This document shows positions 53,255 through 64,000 of a stretch of 64,000 nt of DNA, piece by piece (position 1 is the first letter of the stretch; each line of letters begins with the position of its first letter). The translations under genes were made by a program, and so were the position numbers. Source of the DNA: Chiloscyllium plagiosum (Eukaryota); contig NC_057719.1 of the NCBI RefSeq assembly GCF_004010195.1, positions 2,207,773-2,271,772 of the forward strand. Direction: 5' to 3'. Below the pieces are notes generated by a model. It had not been told where the DNA came from. It worked only from the letters and a program-made list of their open reading frames with translations, and did not search any database.

Positions 53255-54180
53255 CATAGAACAACACAGCGCAGAACAGGCCCTTCGGCCCTCAATGTTG
53301 CAATGGCCTGTGAACTATTCTCAGCTTGTCCCCCTACACTATCCCATCATCGTCCATGTGCTTATCTAAGGATTGTTTAAATCTCCCTAATATGGCTGAG
53401 TTGACTACATTAGCAGGTAAATTCAATGACTGCAGATGCTGGAAACCAGATTCTGGATTAGTGGTGCTGGAAGAGCATTGCAGTTCAGGCAGCATCCAAG
53501 GAGCTTCGAAATCAACGTTTCGGGCAAAAGCCCTTCATCAGGAATAAAGGAAGAGAGCCTGAAGCGTAGAGAGATAAGCTAGAGGAGGGTGGGGGTGGGG
53601 ATAGAGTAGCATAGAGTACAATAGGTCAGTGGGGGAGGAGATGAAGGTGATAGGTCAGGTAGGAGAGGGTGGAGTGGATAGGTGGAAAAGGAGCTGGGCA
53701 GGTCGGCAGGACATGGTTGAAGAGCTTCAGGGCAGAGGAAATGACCTGGGATTTGCAGTGGCTTTATTCCTGATGAAGGGCTTTTGCCCGAAACGTCGAT
53801 TTTGAAGCTTTTCGGATGCTGCCTGAACCGCTGTGCTCTTCCAGCACCACTGATCCAGAGTACATTAGCAGGTAGGGCATTCCACGCCCTTAGCACTCCC
53901 TGAGTAAAGAACATCTGTCTTAAATCTATCACCCCTCAATTTGTAGTTATGTCCCTTGTACACGCTGACATCATCATCCTAGGAAAAAGACTGTCACTGT
54001 CTACACTATCTAATCCTCTGATCATCTTGTATGTCTCTATCAAATCCCCTCTTAGCCGCCTTCTTTCCAATGAGAACAGACCCAAGTCTCTCAGCCTTTC
54101 CTCATAAGACCTTCCCTCCAGACCAGGCAACATCCTGGTAAATCTCCTCTGCACCTTTTCCAATGCTTCCACATCCTTCC
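53255..54180 (-). mobile_element. CR1-type LINE 3' fragment containing a Penelope-like fold-back insert (53420-53860)
   Basis: LINE ORF 53936-54172; TACATTAGCAGGTA duplicated at 53406-53419 and 53861-53874. Confidence 0.85.
53770..53797 (+). ncRNA. Minimal hammerhead ribozyme-like motif (Penelope variant A), best-preserved copy
   Basis: CTGATGA-A-GGGC-TTTT-GCCC-GAAA-C-GTC; inverted partner at 53514-53541. Confidence 0.65.
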
Positions 54181-54939
54181 CGAAATATCTGTACTTGGCT
54201 ATTCACCTTATCCATGTCCCTCAAAGGCAGCCATCTTTGCTCTTTGATTGAGCTACCCAGTTAGGTCACTTGCCCTTTTCTAAAACCTGGTCATTTTTAT
54301 TCCCTTTAATGATTTATTCTGTTCACTTTTTTTGGGAGTTTCTATTGAATTTGCTTTCCCCATCCTTTTAAACCAGGTGAAAATTTGCTGCACTTGTCTT
54401 TTATTCTCCCCGGTGTTGTGTTGTCCCTGATCGGATGTCATGCTGTACTCCCAATGCACATCACTGGCCTTTCCTCCTGACAGCATAGTCAGCTCCTGGC
54501 CATGCCTGTCCCTCACTCCGTATTATTGAGGCTGAGACACAGAGAGAAACATTTCCTGGTTATGTTGAAAGGTGAAGCAACTCCTCATAGTTTTGATGTT
54601 TCCTCACTACAAGGAGCATTGGAATAATCCGGCTTGATTCATTTCAATGAGTTCGCAATCTGTCGCTGTTTTTCTCAAAACTGGTTTCTCTGGGGGTTTG
54701 ACTTTGGCAAGAATGTGCATAAAAACTAACATTGTACATGTAAATACCCTCATTACATATGTACAGAGGGAACAGAAGGGAGAGTCTGCTGACCTGTAGA
54801 ATTGGCATTTAATATGAATGTTGCGGAAGACAAGGTGATGCTGTCTGATGTTCACCTCCTCAGCCTGAGCTTTGTTCACTACAGTTTTGTTTGTCTCCTC
54901 CTCTGGTTCAGTTGGGATATCATTGTCAATATCTCCTCA

Positions 54940-55220
54940 GAGAGTTTGATGGGGGACAGTGTGGAGGGAGCTTTACTCTGTATCTAACCCTGTGCTGTCC
55001 CTGTCCTGGGAGTGTTTGATGGGGACAGTGCAGAGGGAGCTGTATTCTGTATCTAACCCCATTCTGTCCCTGTCCTGGGAGTGTTTGATGGGGACAATCT
55101 AGAGGAAGCTTTACTCTATAAGAAACTCCCTGCTGTCCCTGTCCTGGGAGTGTTTGATGGGGACAGTGTAGGAGAGTAGTGTAGAGAGAGCTTTACTCTG
55201 TATCTAAGCCCGTGCTGTTC
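54940..55220 (+). repeat. 69-bp tandem satellite (~4 units), plus ~1.3 units at 55730-55825
   Basis: GGGAGTGTTTGATGGGGACAG recurs at 55008, 55077 and 55146 (period 69). Confidence 0.9.
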
Positions 55221-55261
55221 ATCTCTGTCTGTGACCTAATGCTGTTACTTGTTTAATGCAG

Positions 55262-55377
55262 TCATCGGCTTTGGGAAGTCATGCTTTATATCGGGACAGT
55301 ACCATCCGCATGGAATCCGATGGGAACAGGAGTGTAACACCTGTCAGTGCCTGAACGGCAATGTGAACTGCACAAAG
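55262..55377 (+). CDS. JAG2: Jagged exon 22 (VWC domain start): VIGFGKSCFISGQYHPHGIRWEQECNTCQCLNGNVNCTK
   Basis: aatgcAG acceptor, AAG|GTaaac donor, 116 nt. Confidence 0.93.
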
Positions 55378-55839
55378 GTAAACTCACAAGCACCACTTGG
55401 AGTTTTTAACGTAAGAATCAACTTCCAAAAATTAGCAGCTAGCTGGATTAATTTCTCACCCCTCACCAGTTTCGAGGGGGACCAACTTACTCAGAGCCAC
55501 TGGTCCAGAGAGTGGTGCTGGAAAAGCACAGCAGGTCAGGCAGCATCTGAGGAGCAGGAAAATCGACGTTTCAGGCATAAGCCCTTCATCACCTTCTCCT
55601 ACTCAGAGCCACCCTCTGAGCTGACGTGTCGATTATGTTGTCCTCTCTATCACGTTGCTTCACCCTAACCACAGCCGATCTGCTGCTGAAAACACTGTCC
55701 CCTGACCTTCTCACCTCTAGCCTCTACCCTATACTGTCCCTGTCCCTGGGAATGTTTGATGGGCATAGTGTAGAGGGAGCTTTACTCAGTATCTAACCCC
55801 GTGCTGTCCCTGTCCTGGGAGTGTTACAGTGCTGTCATA

Positions 55840-56310
55840 GAAGCTTACAGCATGGAAACAGGCCCTTCGGCCCAAGGGCCTGTATTTACAATTAAACTAG
55901 TCCCATTGGCCTGTATTTGGTCTGTATCCCTCCATACCTAGCCCATCCATGTACCTGTCTAAATGTTTCTGAAATGACAAAATTGTACTCGCCTCCACCA
56001 GCACCTCTGCCCATTTCAGACACTCATCATGCTCTGTGTGAAAAAATTGCCTCTCTAGACACTTTCATATCTTTCCCCTCTCACCTTAATCCTGAGTCCT
56101 CTAGTTCTTGATTCCCATACCATGTGGGCAAGCTGTTGGTTATCTACCTTATCTCATGATTTTATAGACCTCTATAAAGTCACCAGACTCCTATTTTCCA
56201 GGGAAAAAGTTCCAGCCTGTCCAGCCTCTCCTTATACCTCAATTCTTCCAGTCCAGGTAACATTCTACTAAATCTTTTCTGCACTCTTCCTAGTTTAATA
56301 ATACTCCTAG
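55840..56310 (-). mobile_element. CR1-type LINE 3' fragment
   Basis: RVQKRFSRMLPGLEELRYKERLDRLELF. Confidence 0.8.
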
Positions 56311-57829
56311 CTAACCTTCCACCGTCCACATACTCTATCCAAAGCACAGAAGGATATGCATCCAAGGTAAGTTCCATGCACCATCAGCTTTGACCTACAT
56401 CGGTTTTACCATTAATATTTCCAACAATAATGTCATTGTACCAGCTGTCTACCCTTATCCAACCTTTTCTTTCTGTACCTCACCCCCATTCTCTCCATGA
56501 ATTATTTGCTGTTCAGAACACAATGCGTTATTGTAAATGCCCCCCAGCTTGTACATGTCTCACTCTTTGCTGAATTGCCCCCATTCTCTGGGATTTCCCC
56601 TGTAATGCATTTAAACTCCCTTCCTTGTTGATATTTCAAAAAAAGCCTTTTGTATTCTGTCCAAGCTTTCGGTGTCATGTCCTAATTTCAGCCAACATCA
56701 CCTTCTAGGCAATCTGGTGATACTTGTGTGTGTTAACTGTAGGATAGGATAGGTTAAAGGAGAGCCAGCAAGTGCTGATAGTGCTGAAATCATTGAGGAT
56801 GGAGCATTGGGAACCTCACATCAGTAATTGCTAATGCCCTTTGTAACATGGCATTATTTTGTAAAGTTTTGACTGAAGTTACAGTTAATGGGGAAGATAT
56901 AATAAAGAGCACTTCTATCTTAAGTGTACAATTTTCTTTCTTTATTTATTCATGGGATGTGGGCATTGCTGACCAGGCCCAGCATTTATAGCCCATCCCT
57001 AATTACCCAGAGGGCAGTTAAGAACCACTCACATTGCTGTGGGTCTGGAATCACATGTAGACCAGACCAGGTAAGGATGGTAGTTTCCTTCCTTAAAGGG
57101 CATTAGTGAACCAGATGGGTTTTTGTGACAGTTGTCAATGGATTCATGGTCACCATGAAACGTTTAATTCCAGCTGTTTTATTGAATTCAAATTCTACCG
57201 TCACCTGTGGTGGGATTCGTATCCAGGTCCCCAGCACATTACCTGGGTCCCTGGATGAACAGACCAGCGATAATACCACTAGGCCATCACCTCCCCACAA
57301 TGTCCAACTGCGGATCTGCTAGAAGGTTCTATTTCACTTGGCTTGACCAGCGAAATGAGGGGAAAGGTATCCATAAAAACTCTAGGTCCTTTCAGGTCAT
57401 CCCAAATATTTAAAGCTATTGGAACACTGTTGCTGAATCTAGAACGTTCTTCCTCACAGTACTGAAGAAGGTAATCACCATCACCTTCTTGAGGGCAGTT
57501 GGCGATGGACATTATATTCTGGACTTGTCAGCAGCACCTAAATCCCATGACAAATAAAAATAATCTCCCTCCACTGTCAGCATACAGAGACAGCAGTCTG
57601 TGCCATCTACACACTCTGTAACAACTCACCAATCACACTTTCCAAACCCACAGCCTTTACCACCAAGTAGGGCAATAATAGGTGATGTATGACGTTACCA
57701 GCAGCTGCAAGCTCCCCTGCCAGACCCATACCACCCTGACTCGGAACGATATTGCTGTTACTTTCACTGTTCGTGGGTCAAAATCCTGGAATTCTTTTCC
57801 TAGTCACACTGTGGATATACAACGTGGTA

Positions 57830-59640
57830 ACGTTTTGTGCTAAATTAGAGATTTAGATAAGTTTTAAATACCAAAAAATGGGGAAAAAATAAGCAGGCTA
57901 GCAAATTATATAAAAAAAAGGATAGTAAGATCTTTATATAAACAACGAGCAAGGCTAAAGTAAACCTTGGGTCCTCGGAGAATGGGAAATAGTAGTGAGG
58001 AAATGACTGAGGAATTGATTACACATGTTGTATCATTGCTCACAGTGAAGGACCCCAGTAATATTTGAAAAATACTGAATAATCGAGGGGCAAAAGAGTA
58101 AGGGAATAAATACAATAGCCAACACTGGAGGAAGAGTACTAGGGAAATTAATAAGGGTAAAGGCTGAAAAATCCCCTGGGCGGGGTGCATCTTCGGATTT
58201 TAAAATAAGTAGCCACAGAGATAATGGATGTGCTGGTAATAATCTTCCAGGAACTCTTAGGTTCTGGTTTAAGTCCCAGAAGATTGGGAAAACTGTCAAG
58301 GTAACATAAACAAACATTGCAGGGAAAGTTCAGCAGGTCTGGCAGCATCTGTGAAGAGAAATCAGTTAATATTTTGGGTCCGGTGACCCTTCCTCAGAAC
58401 TCAACCCGAAACATTAACTCCGATTTCTCTCCACAGATGCTGCCAGACCTGCTGAGCTTTTCCTGCAATTTCTGTGCGTGTTTCTGATTTACAGCATCCG
58501 AAGTTGTTGTGGTTACTATTTTATGAAGGTTAACATGTTTATTTAGAAAAAAGAGACAAAAAAAGCAAGTACAAATCAACCACTAGGCTTAAAATCAGCC
58601 ATTGGTAAAATGCCTGAGTCTGTTCTAAGGGATATCATAGCAGCATATTTAGAAATAAGAATTTAATCAAACAGAGTTCAGGTAGTTTTATGAAGGTGAA
58701 GTTGTGCCTGACCAATTAATTAGAATTATTTAAAGAAGTTGCAAGCAGGATAGATAAAGGGGGTCCTATAGATGTACTATAGATTTCCAAACAACATTTG
58801 ATAAGGTACCACAAATGAGGTGACTTAATAAGATGAGATCCCATGGTTTTGGGTGTAGTGTACAAGTATGAATAGAGGATTGACTGACTTACAGAATACA
58901 GAGTTGGGATGCATTGTTGGGAAGTTTATGTCAAAGAAGGCAAACCTGTAACTACTGGAGTATCGCAGGAATCAGTGCTGGGACCACAAATATTTATAGT
59001 GCATATTAATGACTTGATTGAGGGAAGTGAATGTACTGTAGCTAAGTTTGTCAATAATACAAAAATAGGCTAGTGGTAAGGATGAAATTCCCATGGAGGG
59101 CTACAGGCAAGTAAAGCAAGGAGGCAAACACTTGGCAAAATATCATGTGGGGAAGTGTGAGGTTCTACACTTTGGCAGGAAGATTAGAGGAGCTGAATAT
59201 TATTTATATGGACGAAACTGTAGTGTAGAGTGAGGCTAGACCTGTATCCTCTGTAGGTTAGAAGAGTCAGAGGTAACTGAATTGAAACATAATAAAGACC
59301 TTGAGGGGAACTTGACCACGTGGGTGTTGAATCTTTAAATATTTTTTAAGGCAGAGGGAGATTGACTCTCGATTACTGAGGGGGATGAAAGATTATCAGG
59401 GGATATGCAGGAATGTTCACAGTATTCCAGCTGTATCTGATAGTGCCTTGTATAGTTTTAGCAATATCTCCCTATTTTTATACTCCAAGGGAAAATATGC
59501 TTTCAACACCCACGTGGTCAGGTCCCCCTCAAGGTCTTTATTATCTTTCGATTTAGTCACCTCTGACTCTTCTAACCTGCAGAGGATACCGGTTGAGCCT
59601 TTCTCCTGAGGCAGTCTATTCATTCCAGGCATGAGTCAAA
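57830..59640 (+). mobile_element. Old CR1-type LINE ORF2 fragment with a nested Penelope palindrome (~58305-58525) and a terminal inverted segment
   Basis: Degenerate FDKVP and GVSQESVLGP motifs, many stops. Confidence 0.7.
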
Positions 59641-59958
59641 TTGGTGGTTGGTGGCGTTGTATTTTTTGACTGGATGGACCATGTGGAGTTTAATAATGAT
59701 GTGGAGGAGCCGGTGTGGGACTGGGGTGGACAAAGTTAAAAATCACACAACACCAGGTTATAGTCCGACAGGTTTATTCGGAAGCACTACTCCTTCAGGT
59801 GGTTGTGATGAAGGAGCAGCGCTCTGCAAGCTAGTGCTTCCAAATAAACCTGTCGGACTATAACCTGGTGTTGTATGATTTTTGAATTTAATAATGACTA
59901 GTCTTTAGCTGATTTTAATCACTGCGATGCTGACCTCCACGTGTTTTCTCCCCGACAG

Positions 59959-60207
59959 GTATGGTGTGGTCAGAAATCTTGCTTGTTGTATGACAGAGCT
60001 GGCCATGAGAACTTCATGTGCCCAGAGTCCCAGCAGTGCCAGGCCAGCCCACGGCTCAAGTGTTTCTCTCCTCCATGCACCGACTGGGGAGAGTGCAACG
60101 CCTTAAACTCTCCTCCTGTTGACTCTAAATGCCACCCCAACACTGGCCAGCTGAACAACAACTGTGCAAAGATCACACTCATCTTTAATAAGGAGAAGAT
60201 TCCGAAG
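59959..60207 (+). CDS. JAG2: Jagged exon 23 (cys-rich region): VWCGQKSCLL...NNNCAKITLIFNKEKIPK
   Basis: cccgacAG acceptor, GTaagg donor, 249 nt, phase 0-0. Confidence 0.94.
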
Positions 60208-61439
60208 GTAAGGAAGGTTGTGCAGGTGCAAGGAATTCCCAGCTGAGCCATCGGTGCTGTTGAAAGCTGCTTCAGGACCTGTGTTCCCTCCTGCTGTGAG
60301 AGAAATCCTCAGCGTTTACTATCCTGCTCTTGTGTGAAACAAGTGGGAAGTGCCCAATGCATTTGTTCTTGAACAGTCTAATGGAAACTGTTGGCACTCA
60401 CCCCAGGCCGAATGATTTTGTGGCACAGTACTAGTGTCACTGCCTTTGGACTGGGATGCCCAGGTTTGAGTCCCCCCCCTGCTGCAGAGGTGTGCAGTAA
60501 TGTCCCTGTACATGTAGATTAGCAACATAGTATCATCGGATCCCTACAGTGCGGAAAGATGCCATTCCACACCGACCCTCCGGCAAAATCCCACCCACAC
60601 TCAGCCCCCTCTGCCCTATCCCTGTAACCCTGCGTTAACCATGGCTAATCCACCTGAGCCTGCCCTTCCCTGGATACTTCAGACAATGTAGGTTCAATAC
60701 AAAAAACCTAACCAGAAAGCTGCCACTTTTCATATAACAGAATGAATCTAAGGTCGGATTGCCCTCTCTTCTCGTTCTGTTGCCCATACCCTGGCGATGG
60801 GATACAGAGGAATTTGAAAACATAAAAATCTGGAATTAAGAGCCTAATAAAGACGATGAATTGATTGTCTGGAAAACCCATCTGGTTCACTAATGTCCTT
60901 CAGGGAAGGAAATTGCCGTCCTTACCTGGTCTGGCCTCCAGACCCACAGCAATGTGGTTGACTCTTAACTGCCCTCTGGGTAATTAGAGATGGGTGATAA
61001 ATGCTGCCCAGACAGAGCTGTCCATATCTTGTCAATGAATAAAGAAAATGTTTTGCACAGGACTCTGAGTGCTAACCGGTTGACATTTTGTCTGTTTCTC
61101 TGTTCTAGCACAAAATGTCCCTTTGCCAACCCAATAAGTTTGGGAAATGCCTGAGCAATGAAATCACTGATGATAAGCCATCCCAGTATGAAACCTGGCT
61201 TAATAGATCTGAAGGTTTTATTTATGTAGTTTGTTTGCGAAGGTAGTTAGTGACTGAACATTTTCAAATGAAGCTGTCAGTGTTTGGTAACAAAAAACAC
61301 AAATTTATTGCACAAAAGAAAACAAAACTGTTTACATATAAAACAGCTTAAAAAGAATCTGGACGCAGTGAGCAAGAAGAAAGATTTAGCCTTTTTCCCT
61401 GCAGTATCTTTTGCAGTTACTCAGTCCCAGTGCTGTATG

Positions 61440-61975
61440 AGTCCTAGAGATATATGGCATGAAAAGAGATCCTTCAGTCCAACTCGTCTGTGCTGACCCA
61501 ATATCCTCAATTAATCTGGTCCCAGTTGCCAGCACTTGGCCTATACCCCTCTAAATCCTTCCTATTCATATTCCCATGCGGATGTCTTTTAAATATTGTA
61601 ATTGTACCAGCCTCCACCACTTCCTTGGCAGCTCGTTCCATGCATACACCACCCTCTGTGTGAAAACGTTGCCCCTAAGGTCCATTTTAAATCTTTCCCC
61701 TCTCACCCTAAATCTGTGCCCTCTAGTTTCGCACTCTCCTACCCTGGGGAAGTGACCTTGGCTACTTACCTGATCTATGCCCCTCATATTTTGTAAACCT
61801 CTGTAAAGTCACCTCTCAGTCTCCAACACTCCAGAGAAAGCAGCCCCAGCCTATTCAACCTCTCCCTGTAGCTCAAACACTCTAATTCTGGCAACATTCT
61901 TGTGAATGTTTTTCTGAACCCTTTCAAGTTTCACAACATCTTTCCTATAGCAGGGAGACCAGAATTAAATGCAGT
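61440..61975 (-). mobile_element. CR1/HER1-type LINE 3' fragment
   Basis: TRGHRFRVRGERFKMDLRGNVFTQRVVYAWNELP. Confidence 0.85.
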
Positions 61976-62548
61976 GATCCTATGTTAACTCTTTTTAATT
62001 TGTAAGTAACTGGTACCTTTCCGTTCTGGTAACCAAGAGAGCTCTTTCTGGTTCTGGGGACTGGTTATTTATTGAACTTTGATGGCCAAGATTCCTTTTC
62101 AGCTCTTAAGGTTTGGAGATTTCTGCATTATTAACACACTACCCTTCTGCAAGAATGAAACCGTTCTTTCAAGCTAAATACAAACTGCGAGTTACCCTGA
62201 TTTTTTTTCTCATGTTATAAAGTATTAGCATTGTAAACACTTCATTAACACATCCTGCCTGGCAATCAAGTCATATTCTTTCTTGGACAGTAAGTTGTAT
62301 CTTTAGTTATCTGTTCCAGTTGACTTTCCGACTTTTTAAAGAAATACAATTACTTTTCGCAGAACTGTAACCATATATCTATTTCATTTCTGCTTTCCAT
62401 TATCATTTGGGATTTTGAAATTCATTGTAAATGTCTATCGCACTATCCAGTCTCATCCCCCTCAAACTTTCCTCCAATGCATCGTGGAGAAACACCAGGT
62501 TTGTGAGACATTAGAGCTCTGAATATTAACTGTCTTGCAGAAAAGGGG

Positions 62549-62817
62549 GTGGCATGGTGGCTCAGTGGTTAGCACTGCTGCCTCACAGCACCAGGGTCCC
62601 AGGTTCGATTCCAGCCTTGGGCATCTGTCTGTGTGGGTTTCCTCCAGGTGCTCCGGTTTCCTCCCACAATCCAAAAGATGTGCAGGTCAGGTGAATTGGC
62701 CATGCTAAATTGTCCATAATGTCAGATGGAAATGGGTCTGAGTGGGTTACTCTTCGGAGGGTCAGTGTGGACTGGTTGGGCCGAAGAGCCTGTTTCCACA
62801 CTGTAGGGAATCTAATC
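62549..62817 (+). mobile_element. HE1/V-type SINE
   Basis: A/B boxes, central domain, AATCT tail. Confidence 0.82.
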
Positions 62818-62964
62818 ATGGATTTTCAGGAATTAGATGTGTAGGGTGTTTTTTTTTAATTGCTGGATGTGTTTGTGGATGAGTTGCAAGATTTATTCTG
62901 CATGTGAGTCATCCACCACTTCACCTGGGTGACCCCCAAATTATCTTCTGTTTCCTGTCTCCAG

Positions 62965-63096
62965 GGCATCACTGTGGAATATATCTGCTCAGAACTGAGG
63001 TATCTACCAGTTCTGCGGAGCCTTTCCAAGGAGCGGACTCTGTTTGTGTTGTGTGACCTCGCTAACAGCTCTGACAGTGCAGTGGAAGTGGCCATT
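62965..63096 (+). CDS. JAG2: Jagged exon 24: GITVEYICSELRYLPVLRSLSKERTLFVLCDLANSSDSAVEVAI
   Basis: tctccAG acceptor, GTaagt donor, 132 nt. Confidence 0.94.
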
Positions 63097-63104
63097 GTAA
63101 GTAA

Positions 63105-64000
63105 GTCCCTGGAAGGGGATGTCAATAGGTTACGTGAGTACTGGAATAAACTGGAACAGAAAGTGGGAAATGTGCGCTTGTCCATTTTGGGAGAAAGAAT
63201 GGGAAAAAGAATGCTATTTAAATAGAGAAATATTGCAGAACTCAGTGTTATAGAGGGTTTCTGGGTTTCCAGGTACCGTGAATTATAAAGTTAATACTCT
63301 GATACAGCAAGTGGTTTGGAAAACAATAGTTGAAAGGGAGATGGAAGGCACAATGAGGGGCGTCTTACTGCAGCTGGATAGTGCAGTGGTCAGACAACGT
63401 CAGGAATACGACAAGAATCTCCTTATTTGAGAGAATATTATTGTGTTCAATACCAGTCAGAGAAAGATCACGTGACTTATTATTGGGATAAAGGCCTCTC
63501 TCATGAGGATTGGAATTCTGGAGTTCAGAGTGATCTTACTGAAACATGCATGATCCTGAGGAGACTTGACAGACAATACACCAGGAGAATGTTTCCTCCT
63601 GTGGCTGAGACTAGAACCAGGAACGCAGTTTAAGAATGAAGTGGTCTCACTTTTAAAATGGGGATGAGGAGAATGGTTTTGTTTTAGAAGGAGAGCACAG
63701 CAGGTCAGGCAGCATCCGAGAAGCAGGAAAATTGACATTTCGGGCAAAAGCTTTTGCCCGAAACATCAGTTTGCCTGCTCCTTGGATGCTGCCTGACCTG
63801 CTGTGTTTTTCTAGCACCACTCTGATCTAAACTCTGGTTTCCAGCATCTACAGCCCTCACTTTTGCCTTGTTTTAGAGGGACACTGGTCTGGAATTCTCT
63901 CACTCAGAAAACAGCAAAGGCTGAGTCACTATTTATTTGAGGCTGAGTTGGATTGTTTTGGTAGACAAGAGTATGAGGTTCAGACAGGAAACTGGAGCTG
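63105..64000 (+). mobile_element. Old CR1-type LINE fragment with a nested Penelope-derived palindrome (~63689-63867)
   Basis: Degenerate LINE 3' motifs; TTGTTTTAGA duplicated at 63679-63688 and 63868-63877. Confidence 0.7.

Noticed and set aside
54940..55220. CRISPR-like array
   Set aside because: Contiguous tandem units without unique spacers, eukaryotic context, no cas genes.

Overview
Eukaryotic genomic DNA, very probably from a shark: it carries HE1/V-type tRNA-derived SINEs with (TAATC)n tails and many CR1/HER1-type LINE fragments. The whole window lies inside one + strand Notch-ligand gene of the Jagged/Serrate family, best matching JAG2. I could place 18 coding exons with canonical AG/GT boundaries, consistent phases and lengths close to human Jagged exons 6-24 (recalled from memory), running from EGF1-2 through the VWC/cysteine-rich region. 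Two of these are micro-exons (47 and 28 nt). The EGF14 exon (exon 18) is not visible and probably lies in a 500-N gap. Introns are packed with SINEs, LINE fragments, solo LTRs, a decayed Gypsy gag, MITEs and a 69-bp satellite. The most notable non-coding signal is about 20 short, often palindromic insertions derived from Penelope-like elements, many with 10-17 nt flanking direct repeats. Four variants carry a minimal hammerhead ribozyme core (CTGA(T/A)GA-A-stem II-GAAA-palindrome-UH). Repeat boundaries are approximate and no searches were run.
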